Below, one piece after another: positions 1 to 13,471 of a DNA stretch of 64,000 bases. Source of the stretch: Balanoglossus misakiensis (lineage: Eukaryota > Animalia > Hemichordata); the NCBI GenBank assembly GCA_040954595.2, contig CM082596.2, positions 7,952,468-8,016,467 on the forward strand, written 5' to 3'. Position 1 is the stretch's first letter. Each line of letters begins with the position of its first letter. The notes below the pieces were generated by a model, which did not search any database, had not been told where the DNA came from, and saw only the letters and a list, made by a program, of their open reading frames with translations. Both the position numbers and the translations under genes were made by a program.

Positions 1-225
1 ATTAAGATTTTGAGTCAAAATTTCCAGAAATGGAATATGAGAAGTACATACAGGAATCATAATTAAGAGTATATGTCGGTCAATATAAAAATATTTGCTT
101 TAACCTTGGCCTGTCATTGGGAGTAGATATCAACCTAATAATTTCAGTATAGACACACAGCTGGACTGGACAGAGACCATGTGGTTGTAGTGACAGGCTT
201 GTGTACATGTCTTTGCCTTGGTTGC

Positions 226-404
226 ATTTTCACGATATCAAAATAGGCAACTGTTACGCAAGGATTAATTTTCACATTCTTGTATTTCACTAACTGCATC
301 GTTATCTCTGAATAACATTTTACGCGACTTTTTATTTACACGTTTTTTGGCTCTCGCGTATTTCGTGAAATTTATTGCTTGCAAAAATAACCCGTTTTAC
401 AGTA
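226..404 (+). mobile_element. MITE subfamily A2 (5'-truncated)
   Basis: Variant body (GATATCAAAA.AGGCAACTGTTACGC; end AATAACCCGTTTTACAGTA) shared with copies at 40683, 49636, 55901 and 58356. Confidence 0.8.
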
Positions 405-531
405 ATGATATACGTCCATGACAGAATAGGATATCCGGTAACTGATACGTCAACAGGACTTATCAGGTCAAGTCCTGTCATGGCATACATATACGGAGTG
501 AACAATTTTACCATTAATCTGCTCAGTTATA

Positions 532-727
532 TACTGTAAAACACTTTATTTTAATTAGTTAAAATTTTCGCGATATCGAGAGAGGCCACTGTTTCGCGAG
601 TATTAATTTTCGCGTTCTCTTATTTCATTCACTGCATCGTTGTCTTCAAAAAAAATTTACGCGACTTTTTATTTTCACGTTATTTTGGCTCTCGCGTATT
701 TCGCAAAAAATAAAGTGTTTTACAATA
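532..727 (+). mobile_element. MITE family A (about 210 bp, TA-flanked, Tc1/mariner-type)
   Basis: TACTGTAAAACACTTTATTTT terminus; body near-identical to copies at 1521, 4745 and 19296. Confidence 0.85.
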
Positions 728-1399
728 TTTCATAAAAACTAATAGGGGATAATTTGATACTAGCAGGAGTTCAGCTATGTTGAATGTCTTAGCAAAAGGT
801 CTGTATACTTGTGAACATATCTGTGTGTCAGACTGTCGTCCAGTTTGTGTGTCAATCAATTGCTTCTACTTATAGAACACACACTAAAAATATGACGTCT
901 TTGTGAAGATTTTTGTGTGTGTTGCCATTGTTAATCTTTTATACCCAGATTATTTCAATGCGTTATACTGCATTCTATTTTTTGGTGCAATCGATATAAA
1001 AAATCCATAATTTCGCATAAAGGATTCCTATATATGGCTTGCACTACATGTAGTTTCTATAGGTGATATACAGCCTACATGCATTTAGTACAGTACAGCT
1101 GAATGCAGTAAAGTAGCTGTAGAAGAATATGATGTCAATGCTGAATAATATCATGTGGTGATATTAATTTGGGCACTTTTGTTCTCGGTTATATTGGCTA
1201 TGATTGTTAAACAGCAGTTAATGTATGGTATAACTATAAAAAAGAAATTCGTCGAAACACTTACTTTACATTAAAAAATCTTGGGAGCAAGGGAGTTGTT
1301 CAGCAATGAACTTGTCTTCAAAAAGTTATAGGGCATCCCCCCCCCCCTCCCTTGATTAAAAATCACACCAGCATCAAATACTCTCAAAAACTCAGTTTA

Positions 1400-1792
1400 T
1401 ACACTAAAAACTGTTTAAATCGGATACCATATGGACTGATTGGTTTGCTGGGGTGTCTGGTTTATAGAGCTTCTTTTAATATGTACAGTGTAGTTATGTG
1501 TGCAGAAAGGGACCGGAAAATACTGTAAAACACTTTATTTTCGCGAGCAATTAATTTTCGCCAAATACGCAAGAGCCAAAATAGCGTGAAAATAGAAAAG
1601 TCGCGTAAATTGTTTTTGAGGATAACGATGCAGTGAATGAAATAAGAGAACGCGAAAATTAATACTTGCGAAACAGTGGCCTCTCTCGACATCGCGAAAA
1701 ATTTAACTCGCGAAAATAAAGTGTTTTACAGTATGTTCGGTATAGACGTGTTTCAAGATTAGACAGGGTTCGGTTTAGACAGGTTTAATGTA
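1400..1792. mobile_element. MITE family B copy split by a family-A insertion
   Basis: The flanks of 1521-1733 align collinearly with 19907-20086. Confidence 0.75.
1521..1733 (-). mobile_element. MITE family A, full length, nested in a family-B element
   Basis: Perfect 27-bp inverted ends TACTGTAAAACACTTTATTTTCGCGAG, including the TA. Confidence 0.92.
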
Positions 1793-3055
1793 CAATCAGA
1801 CTACCATATCCACTTGCAGTGATCGATGAGCTGGAAAAAAACACTGATTTCGACAATGAAGAATTCATCATCTGTGCTGAACTGCACACTGTCATTTGCG
1901 ATATACGTTTTCCTGTGATATACATGTATGTCTGTGATGATGAGAATTTATTGCCGTGTTTTGAGTTTATGGTGGAATCATTGACGTGACTGTGAGTGGG
2001 TGTGCCTGAAACTGTTGATTCAGTTTGTGATTTATTGAAAATGAGTGCATGTACCAGTACTTGGTCATTCTGCTAATATTGAAGTGTACTTTAACTTTTC
2101 GGTTGTTTGCACTCTAATTAAACTTGGCTGATTCGCAGCTGTTTAACATTGTATTGGGATCGTGAGGTGGGATTTTTGTTTTTGTAGAGTAGTATCTGGG
2201 ACAGCATGACTGTCGTAGATGTAGACAAGTATGGACTTGTACTTATATGTATAAAACATCTGTTTGTTATTATTTAGGTTTCAGCTAAGTATAAACTCAG
2301 TCTCTATTTTTATGTGTACCTGCAGCATACATGTAGTGTAGGAATGGATCATCAGCAGAATATTCTTCCCATTTTTTCCATCTTTTTTTGATGTTACCCC
2401 TACACCCTCAACAAATATGAAATAGACATGTTTAGATGTTTCTCGTAGTACAAATATGTAGCTGCAATGTAAATTAGAAATCATGATCATGAATTGCCAA
2501 GAAAACATTATTGGATTCGGGAAGCAGTGTGACGATACCAATGCAATACCTAGAATTCTAGTATTGGAGAATCGTCTAAACCATTTGTAGGTAGTTACGT
2601 GGATTTTCGAAAAACACACAAAAAAATTAAATATCATCTGAGACTCATTTCAGTATACAGTAAAACCTGTCTAAACCAGAAACCTGGCTAATCTGAACAC
2701 CTTTTCCTGTCCCTTCTATTCCCAATTTTAATAGTGCTATCATCTATTAATCTTCAGATTTGAATCATTAAGATGTACTGTCTGTAGTAAATTAAGAGGG
2801 AAATTTTTTGTAATTGCAGAAAAACAGGTCACTTTCAGTGTTTTTCAGTGTGGGGGTTGTTGGTTAGTAATTATCCTTGCATCAAAGTAGATCATTTCTG
2901 TACCGTCAGAAGTAATAAATATTGATGTAGTGCTCATGTAGCTATTTATATCTCGCACAGATACACGCACGCAAATTAATCCTCGTGAAACATATTGACA
3001 TTTAAATGCCCACTGAACTAGGTAACACTGCCCCCGCGACATGTCCTGTACTATG

Positions 3056-3340
3056 TTCATGAATCTGATTGGTCCGGCGACTCCCATGCCAGTCACATGA
3101 CTTGGTTATCGCACGTGATTGGTCAGATAGTATCTTTCTCCAAATCACAACTTTCATGTACTTGTTGAAGCTGATTAGAAACATGATAGCCTTCCAATCA
3201 TGACTCATTTGACAAATCTGCTTGGTCAGATGATATCGCTTTCCATTCACATGATGTGCTTCTTTGAATCTGATTGGTCAGATGAAATCATTTCCAATCA
3301 CATGATGTGCTTCGTTTAATCTGATTGGTCAAATGACATA
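3056..3340. repeat. Degenerate minisatellite, about 51-bp unit, containing AATCTGATTGGTCA
   Basis: 5-6 periodic copies of (AATC)TGATTGGTCAGATGA...TTCCAATCACATGATGTGCTTC. Confidence 0.7.
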
Positions 3341-4709
3341 AGCCCACATGCTGGGGGTGGGGTGGAAACTAGGACTTTTCTAGACCAAAGTACTATATAC
3401 TTACTGCTGGGCAATTTTGAACATATAATTAATGTCAATAAATTAAGTGCAAGATATATAGGCCAGGTGATGTTACTTTTGATGAGCACACAGAGGTTAG
3501 CAAAGCCTGATTACACAGATCAGCGCTTTTTTCACAGCTGGGCTTGTAAGATTGTGTTCTGACTGGCCAGATAGCCTAATTTGTTGTTGTTCACAAATAT
3601 ATTTCATTGGCAGGGCTACAAGAAAACAAAACTGGCTAATGACCAGTATGACCTCTAAAGTAAAGCCAATATGATGCACCACGGACTCAACAAACAAACT
3701 TTAACCCTTTCATCCCCATTTCCCTCTATAGACGTTCAATTTTACCATAGAAAACACTGGATTTGGGCCAAACCAAAAGTTCAGCACAGGGGTTAGTGTG
3801 TACATTACAAAAAGGACTCTTCATCGTTCCGTGGGATTTCTTTGCACTTTTTGGCTTTGTGACCCTGGTGAATTATGTTTTCCTCCCGCTGAGCCATATC
3901 CATACAAAATCAGCAGCCGTATATTTTCTTCGTGTTTTTCAACCCAAGGTATGAATTAGGTCATCAAGACTGTATTTTTATGAGCCAGTATTGAGAAGTG
4001 AGAAATTTCCCAGGAGCCCTGGCGGTGAACTTTCTCTGAAAGTACATGTACACAGTCTGTTTTATTAAAAGTACACAGCCACTGGTGTATATGTACATGT
4101 ATATATATATGTCAGCCAACCCAATTATAGTAGTTGCATTGCACTTTGCTGTACAGGGCAATGAACACCGACTTGTAGGAATAATTCGAAATATTGTTAA
4201 TATAACATTGGCAGTCAAAGCCCTCATTGTTGCTAGTATTTGCATTTAATTAAATTAAATTTTATTTAATTATATCATAACAATGATTACAAAATTTGAT
4301 CAATTTTTCTGACACCTGGTATTACCTATTATCAGCACAATGCTTAGTTTATTGCTTTGATATTCTTCTGTAAAAATATAGAAACAATAACGATGATTCA
4401 AAATTTGCGAAAATGAGTTCATATCTGAATAATAAAATGATATATCAATACAAGTATTTTGATAATATGATTACATAATGGTGAAAGTTTGTTGGGTGTG
4501 ACGTGTGAATAATTTGCTCATTTTCATATTTTATAAATTTTTGTTAGTAGGTCATGTGTCATGGTTTTATCAGCAATCTTTGATTTGTCTTTGCAGACGA
4601 TTCAAGATGGCGTTATTATTATTAGTTAATTGTGGTATCAGTATGAGGTATCTGTGCCTGGTTTTAATCCATTTGTTAAAAAATCTCTCTGGAAGTCTTT
4701 CATACTGAC

Positions 4710-5124
4710 CAGTGTTTCATTCAGTATGGAATCAACAGGGCGGATACAGTAAAACACTTTATTTTCGCGAGTTGAAATTATTCCCGATATCAAGAGAGGC
4801 CACTGTTTCGCGAGTATTAATTTTCATGTTCTCTTATTTCATTCACTGCATCATTATCTTCAAAAAAATTTACACGACTTTTTATTTTCTCGCTATTTTG
4901 GCTCTCGCGTGTTTCACGTAAATTTATTGCTCGCGAAAATAAAGTGTTTTACGGTATGTCCTCTTTGCCAGAATATTTAGGGGGGATTCCATTCTGGCAA
5001 GGGGGACTGTAATACCTCCAACAAGTGAATGGTGTCATTCTATGGGGCACTGGTTCCACCTTGACAAATTGCTAAGGGGTGCCAACATGTGAATCCCCCA
5101 TCCCCCCGTCTAGATGAAACACTG
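4710..5124. mobile_element. Non-autonomous TIR element (CAGTGTTTCAT...ATGAAACACTG) containing a nested family-A MITE
   Basis: 11-bp perfect TIR with CAG termini (hAT-like); no clear TSD. Confidence 0.5.
4745..4956 (+). mobile_element. MITE family A
   Basis: Same TIRs and body as 1521-1733. Confidence 0.9.
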
Positions 5125-5825
5125 TTAGTCACCTACGTCTATGTGCGTATACACCATATTTCTCCATGCACACACATTTTCCTTATCGTTTCAAAATTAC
5201 ACAGTTTTCTGTGGACTGTGACGGAATGTTCTAGGGTCGGTCAAAGCGCAATGACAGTTCTGTTTTTTCAAATGGAGAGAGGCAGAGACGTTATCTGCGT
5301 GAACTTTACTAAAAGGGCGGCCATAAGCAAAAGTGGGGCACTTTGCGTACCTTAACCCCTGACTGCTACTAATTATCCTATATACACACATATTCTTCAA
5401 CATTTTTATTCATATTTTATTGTGAGTTTTTGCTGGGGCGTTGCATTGAAAGCTGAATAAAGTTTAATGAACTTTTTTTCGTGAAGGAAAGTTGTTGTCA
5501 TACAGTGTGCTATCCTGTAATGATGTTTGTTCATATTCAAGTATCTTGGCAGTGTGTCAAGAGTGATTCGCATTTGCCAAGTCACCTTCAATGGTGTACT
5601 TTGACCGAGTCCCGCGATGACCAGACCCTTGTCCTTTGTTAGTGCCAATCAAAGTCGCGATACATATTCATGAGTTCTTGGAAATGGTGGTGGTGGGGGT
5701 AATTTGTGGGGCTTTGCAGGCCTCGTGTCAGGGCGGGATGAAATGTTTTTTTTGTGCCCTAAAATGCCAGTGGAATTTTGTTTTGCTGTTGAACAATCGG
5801 TATATTAACCACAGCCAGTGTACTG

Positions 5826-6799
5826 CAGAGTTTCCGGTTACGCAAAAATGTGCGTAATACACGCAATGGAAAATTTCTATACGCATATTGAACCGACAAG
5901 TGCGTCTGGCGTACGCAATGAAATTGACTATGTTTTCGCCATTGAAAGTTCGAGCTATTACAAAAGACTCATCAAACGACCGACAAACTAGACAGCACCT
6001 TGTGCACGCTTACATGTTTTGAATAAAATTGCAACATTCCAAACCATTTGTGCAGACGCTTGACCATGATAAAATGTAACAATTTTCGTTTAGCGCGCAT
6101 TCTAATCATCATGCCATGCGCGTATGCGTCACGTACGTGAGCCTGCGTACGTGTAATATCGATCAACATGGCGGCAAAACAGTCAACTTTATTTTCATTT
6201 AAATTTACGTGGCGGCAAAACAGTCAACTTTATTTTCATTTAAATTTACGTCGAAATCCTATACTGATAATGGAAAGAAAGCCACTGAAATCGATGATTC
6301 GGAACACCAAGAGTCAGTGGGGGATGCCCTACCAGTGAAAAAAATGCGAGAGAATGCAAAGACTGGCCACACAGAATTCAAAGATCAGTGGCTCGCCGAG
6401 TATCCGTGGTTACGGCACAACGTCGACGAAAGCGGCGGAAAAAAAGACACTCGTGCTTTTCTGTAAGGTTTGTGAAAAATATGGCAAAAAGAATGCTTTC
6501 ACGCGTGGTTCTCGTGATCTTCAAAAATCGGCCATCAAACGGCATATGCAAGGCACTGATCATAGGGAAGCGACGTCATTTGTCTGTAAACGTAAAATCA
6601 CGTCAAAAGCTGTTTGGTCTGTTTCGAATTCTTTTTGGTTACAATGTGTGCCATTTGAAGTGTTTTGCGTTATTTTGCAACAGTCTGCTAATGGATGTGA
6701 TATGAATACATTGTACGCATTTAAATCACCTTCGTACGCATTTTTATTGACCTCTTGCGTATGGCATACGCTTGGGGAAAAAAACTACCGGAAACTCTG
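5826..6799 (+). mobile_element. Non-autonomous hAT-type DNA transposon with disrupted N-terminal TTF/ZNF862-like zinc-finger transposase remnant
   Basis: 13-bp TIRs CAGAGTTTCCGGT...ACCGGAAACTCTG; flanking direct repeat GTACTG; frameshifted peptide FKDQWLAEYPWL...LFCKVC...NAFTRG...IKRHMQGTDH. Confidence 0.85.
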
Positions 6800-9700
6800 G
6801 TACTGGCGGTATTTGTTTTGGAATAGTGACCCCGTTTTTGCTTGGTCTATTTTTCCTTATCTGGAAATGGAGAAGTGGTGAGACACTGACAGATATTACA
6901 CTGGCAACTTACCAGTAAATTACATCTGGAAAAAAAGGGAAATTGCATGCAAATGGATTACATTTCTAGCTGTATTCTAGTTTTATTAACGAGTTCGATT
7001 CAGCAAGTATAACTATAAAGAAAAGGGACCTACTTTCTCTGAATTCAAACATTTCTTAATCAATCCTTATCTCAAAAAATGTGTAATCAGGTCACTGTGG
7101 AAATAAGTCGCATGCACTTTGAAAGGTGGTTCTTGGTGTGTTTGGTGCTTGCGTGGACGTGATTATCAATTAACCTTGATGGTTAATAGTCCTTGCCAGT
7201 CACTGAACTCAGGGAAGGTCATATGCAAATATATTCTGATTGGATATCATCGTATGCAAATATAGTACAATATACACAGTACGTCCTTTTAACTCGTGAA
7301 ACAAGTAAACTGAACTGCCTTGAAATCGATGTAATTATCTGCGATGGACATTTATTTCAATAGTGTGTTCAATTGGCGAAATTGCGCGAGTCTCACAGTT
7401 TGAGGTCATGAAAATCGTAAACTTAAAGCCACTGTATGTTAAATGTGGAATTTGAAATGAACTATAAACCAATTTGAGCTTGGTATGATATACATGTACA
7501 AATTGTAATTTCGGGTTATTTTGTAGGGCATGTAGGTATTACTTTTTCCTTGACAGAAATTTTCCAAGGTTTTCAGTTGGGTTGACCCTGCTGTGTCCAT
7601 GCATGAATACATAATATACATGTATGTGCAGTATCCCTGGAAAATGCTAAGATTTCCAAAACTCAAAATGGATGTTGTTTCCCCTACAAGCACTCATTTT
7701 AGGAACTGCTTTTCAAAACAGACACTTAATCAGCAAATCACTAACGCGTCCTGTTGGATAATTATAGAAACTGATGCAGAACATTTAGATGCATGCATAA
7801 TTTTTTTATTTCAAAGTCAAGGCCAACTGAACAGCTGTACCTTGAAATGTCCATGAGTTGTGAATTGAAGTGTGAATTTCAAGAGGACTTAGCAGTTCTA
7901 TTTGTTGTGGGAAGGTCATGTAAAAATAACCCCCCCCCCACCCCCCGAACAAGGAAGTGTCCTTCGAGACTAAAGCAAATGATAAAATTGTAAAATGCTG
8001 AATTGAAGATAAATACATGTAATCTAGACCAGAGCTTGTATGTATTATGGTTTCTTTGTATTGATTTATTATGTGAGTCTAAAATTACATATCGCTCCAG
8101 CATGTATGTAAAAATACTGGAAACATTTCCGGGATTCAGAATTGTGTGGCTTCATTTCATCTACTCAGGGAAATTAATTTTCCTTAAAATTTTATGCCGA
8201 GTAGCAATGAAGACAAGTTGTATGGAATTTTACGTTTTGTTAAACATTCAAGTCTGCTTTATATATGCATGTTCTTTACTGACATGTTAATTTCCAGCGA
8301 ATCACCATCGTGTTTCTTTCTTACAAAAATTAATAATAAACTCAAAGTGGCCCATTGATTAAATATGGTAACTATAAAGCTGTGAGAATGTTCGGGTACG
8401 TGTGCCAAAACAATGCAAAAAATTCCAGTGAAAATATTTGCAATATTTACGGTAATACAAGCTAAAATGTAAGAAGTCCTGCTAATGGAGTACAAAGCCA
8501 ACCATAATCCACTGTGGCAGATATATTTTTGTTTCCTGTTAAAGCAAATCATTTTCATGGCGCAGTTTGCGATTCTGTATTTTCTGAATCATGCATGAAT
8601 AATCCCGTACGTGACCTGTACTAATCATTCTGACTTGTAACTGATGGAATTTTTATTTTTGCAAAATCTAACCCGACAACAAAATCCACTTATTTAGGTA
8701 TTTATTTGTGGGTGGTTTCAAAATGTCTCCCTTCCTTCATCATGCGCACAAGGCCGGTCGTCAGCATTGCCTCTCCAGGTAAACTGGGTCAGGGTTTTCT
8801 GTCAAATCTTGATAGAGGGCGCTCTCTCACACCATCCTTTACTCAATAGGTTTTCATGACAGGCTTCAGCTCATTTTAGTGAGTGGTGGGTTTTCAAGTG
8901 AGTGTATATCCATATGTCCTCACACACAAAGATATTATTATTAATATTTTAATATTTTTGAATTTCTGTGGCCCTGGTAAAGCCCAGGTGACTGCCAGTG
9001 TAATTATTTTATGACGTGTGCATTTTCTATTGCTTCGTTTTTAGCCTAAAGGCAGGTAATCGTGAACTGAAAAAATTCTTTCTCGGAAAATTGCCTCTTG
9101 CCTCAGTGACACAGAAACTGGAACTGGAACACTGTGAACGTATATAAATGTTTAAAGTTCCATTTCTGCAGGGTTTAAACCTAGAACTGAAAACTCTTTG
9201 TCAGGAAAGTCTCTTGCCCCGTCACTCAGTGACTCCGAATGTGGAGCAACGAAAACAGTGCCTCATAAAACTGAGCGTTTTTTTAAGTCAGCCATTTTAA
9301 AGAGAGAAATACTTTCATCAAACGAACAGAATTCCAATTTTATCACCTTGTTTTTTTACGATTGTCTGTTAAAATATTATTCTACTTTCACCAAACTAAC
9401 AGAAGTCTTGATTTTATACCTGGATAACAATTATTTGTTAAAATATTATTCTACTTTATATGCTGGGAAGAAACGTGATAAAGTTATATGGAACAACAGA
9501 CCCTCATGAAAGTCAGCTTGCATTTGGATCACTCAGATTAATTTTATGACTTATGAATTAGGTCATGGACATATGAATTCAACTCTATGCACATATTCTA
9601 TTATTTTTTACAAGGCTATACCGGTAATAAAAAAAAATTCTCTGTGGGAATGTGAAGAATAAAAGATACTCTGGATGAATTGATTACAGAAGGAAGTTTA

Positions 9701-12700
9701 GGGATTCATTTTTATGGACGACTAGAGAAGGGGATCAACTAAAGCTTGTGTGAGGAGTGATCTCATTTTGAGTGACCCCCTCCCCCCCTCCTCCCACTAA
9801 CAAGTATGCGCCTATCAACAGTAAACAGTGTAAGCATTTGGGGCAAGTACGCTGTCATCGCTGTCAACAAGGTGACTTTGCCTTCTGTGGGTCCTGCTAC
9901 ACCATTAGCGTGGGCTGGACCTTCTGTATTTGCCTGGCTGCTTTTTATATTAGGACAGTCGCTGTTTGTTGTGCGTGCATGGTTGTTTACACAACTGGGG
10001 CGAGAAGATCTCTAACAAGTGGTTTGCCCTTTTGAGGGTCAGTGGGACAGATAGCATTTTTTCAGTATATACAAATGCTAGGATGTCAAGAGAAGATCCT
10101 GTCTTTTAGAATGTTAACACATGAACGGAATTGTTCCATCAAATCTTACTAGTATTCGTAGTTTGAAGGGCTACTCAGAAATGCACGGTCATTGAAAGTG
10201 ACAATATGGGGGGGGGGGGGTAGTAGCTCAGGATATATCAGACTCTGGGCTGTACAGCCCTACTTGGGATTAAGACAAAGTGTAGTCAACAATTTTTAAG
10301 ATATTTTGGGGGGTGAGGGGGGGGGGGGGGGTTGTGTGACTGAGACATGGAGATATTCAAAAAGGTGTGGGGATAGATGGAGGTGATTGACCAGCCAGGG
10401 GTAGGGCCCTGGGCATGCTCCATAGGGCAACTACAGGGCAAGAACGTCTGTACTGAGCATGCTCAGTAGCTTGAATAAGCCACATACCAACCATAGTGCC
10501 TTGAAATTGTTTACATGTTGCAAAGCAGGCCAGCTTGCGACATTCCTGAATTCAAATTCTACTTGCGTCACGTGTCATGCCCGAGTGTGCGTAGGAATTT
10601 TCAGCATGAATTTATTGTCCTGAGAAAATAAATGTCTGCGAAGTTGCAGTTGTAAATAATTTTAGAACACATCTCGAAAAATTCACCTTGATAAATGGTA
10701 ATTATTCAAATTACATTTATATGCATCAATATTTCATAAAGAAGGGAAGATTTTAAAATTGGATAATGTGAGATCATCTCTTTAGAAAATCAATGCAAAA
10801 TAATGGTGTTTCCTTGTTTAAGAGAAGGGGTTTTGAAAAATTTTGCAGTAGTCCCTGAAATGTGGACTAGTACAGGCTGTGTAAGACTAAGAATTGTAAC
10901 ACAAATCAGGAGTTATCAGTGGACTACTTCCATTTCGGATAAGGCTAGTATAATTTAAGGATTTGAGTTTTTTGAGTGTCAGTATTAAGAATTGATATAG
11001 CCACATCACAGATGAGAAAATAAATATATAATAAGTGCCAGAGCATATGGGAATTTTCATGGAATTATCTACACTAGAAAATTCTGTGATTTTTTTCCTT
11101 CTGAAAAAATACGAAAAAATGTCTTCTGGGAGCATTTAGGAGACAGTTTTTACGCAAATGTGTGTGTTTTGAAATAGACATGTTCACATATTAGGAGACA
11201 ATTTCTACTGAAATAAACGTGTGTTATGAAATAGACATGCATTTGTTATCACCTTGTGAGAGAGAAAAAAAAAACACTTCCAACAACACAAAACAAGTGT
11301 TTAAAAGAAACACCTTAAAAGGACAACCAGTGGCAAGAAATAAACGGCCACGCATACACCCCCATTGTCAGTGGATTTTATTAATCTGTTGCCCAAGGCG
11401 TACAGCAGTGTCCCCCATGACACCTTTTTTTCGATGGTAAATAGTCTGTTTGCTTGAAAATAGATGACTCACCGGTAGACTATGTGTGCGCGGAGTACAG
11501 AGTTAGAGTGGCCTTGACAGTCTGAAGACTGTACAGGAAAGACAGAGAGAGAGACCCACATTTTCTCCGACCCAGTGGTTTATTTAACCCGCACTGAATA
11601 TAGGTCCTGGAGCATGTACGTCACCGTTGGTTACGCCAGCAACAGTGGGGTGGGGACAGAAAACAAAATATATCATTATAATTTGTGATTTGATTTTTAA
11701 AAAAATGGATTAATGCTTTTCAAGAGAAGCGAAAAGTGACCTGGTTTTGTTGAGTGTATTAGGAACAAGTACGCGTGGACTAAAGGAAAATTAATGGCGT
11801 TTAGTAAATCTGACCCATATACGTGGATTGAAGTCACCTAGATTGCAAATTGAATAGAGGAGTAGTAATCCATTGACTTAATTACAGCTAAGGTATAATT
11901 TCTAGGATTGAAACCAGTTTGCGTTCTGAGTGATTATTGTGTCTTTAATAAGAACTGTGTCAAGTGTGAATTTGGGGTTAGCAAGGGAAATTAGCAGGAG
12001 TAATATAAAGTACAGTTAATGAACAGTATGGTACGCAGGTACATACATGTACATACCCAATGTTAATACATGCAGTAGCTAATTAGCCTGCATACATATG
12101 CATTGATATACTGACAATGTACATCATCATGTACATGTACATGTATGGCACTGATGTGCTAAATTTGGTAATGCAAGGTGATCCAGGGGTTAGCCCAGGG
12201 CTGACCTGGTTGGAATCGGGGAAAATACAGCAATTGAATTTTATCCTTCTTGTTGTAAGTCGGATGCGTGCAGCCATTTTGAATCTCTAAGATCGACTCG
12301 TAAATTTGAAACTTAGTTCTTGTATTCAGCAATGTGTTTGTTCAACGTGTTTATTTTATCTTTGAATAAAAATAACTAAAGGAGGTTAAAAGTGTGCATG
12401 TATTATACAGGAGTTATGAGCAACAATTCTCATGTCACGATTTTCCAGGAAATATTTGATATTTATAAATTCATCCACATAACTACAAAGAAATAGGGCA
12501 AGTGAAAAACATTCAATGGTTTGCTGCAGAAAATTAAATTGTACGGGTTGTGTAAAAATGCATGTGACAATTTTTCAAACAAAATCTGCCATTGAAAATA
12601 AAATTAGTAACTGACTGACAAAAATAAACCAGTCAACAGTGTTGTCTGGGACATATCTGGGTCAATAATAGTACCCTGGTGATCGAATTCTCTGTTATGT

Positions 12701-13262
12701 ATGCCGGCAGATGGTATTTGAAAAAAAAATTCAAATAACACAAAAAATACAAGCTTATAATTTTTTCACCATTATCTGAAGATATACTTTTAATTGTTTT
12801 TCATTCATGCCTAGTACACAGCCTGCAATGTTATTTAAACCCCAGTTGCTTTACTTTTACCAGACATATTGATGACAAATGCCTGCTGTTAACAAATGAA
12901 ATGGTTGCTTTAAAGCATAGATTTTAAAGACTTTGGCCATTGTAAGGACATCTTCGGATAACCTCCAGGCCCCCCTCCCACCTTCAGTCCAAAAACACAG
13001 TTGCTATGTTGGCCTGATAAGGTCACCGTCAGATCACACTGCATTGTGGGTAAACATTTACCCTTTTACCCCTTCACCATCATACTTGGGTCCAAATCCA
13101 TCGTTTCCTATGGTAAAGTTAGACCTCAATAGATAGAAACAGGGGTGATAGGGTTCAAACGTTTGTAATTGTGTATTGGATACATAATATTACCAAATCC
13201 TTTAAAGCCTCTACAGCTGCCACTTTTTGCATTATTTTCATGATTTTATTTTCCAACTTAGA

Positions 13263-13471
13263 TTAAAACAGTGCCGCACCGATTTAATCAGACTCCATCC
13301 AAACAGTACACAGCTATCGTGGTACATGTATGCATCGCCAAGAGATGACAAACTGATGTAAATGCAAGTAATATGGCTTAATGGTGAGGATTTTAGAGGA
13401 TAGGGAATATATTTGAAGTATTTTATACAGTGGAAAAAATATGAGAAATTTGGCGGCTATAGGGGCTTTAA
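13263..13471 (+). repeat. Dispersed repeat family F (about 200 bp)
   Basis: Aligns along its length with 22306-22504 (GTGCCGCAC...CCAAGAGATGACAAACTGATG...GAAATTTGGC); TTAA-like ends. Confidence 0.78.

Noticed and set aside
3056-3340. Periodic repeats resembling a CRISPR array
   Set aside because: Eukaryotic context, the 'spacers' are themselves repeated, and there are no cas genes.
4597-4648. Possible small exon (ttgcag|ACG...ATG GCG...GAG|gtatct) of gene 1
   Set aside because: Its ATG frame ends in phase 2, incompatible with the phase-0 acceptor at 19609; no other support.
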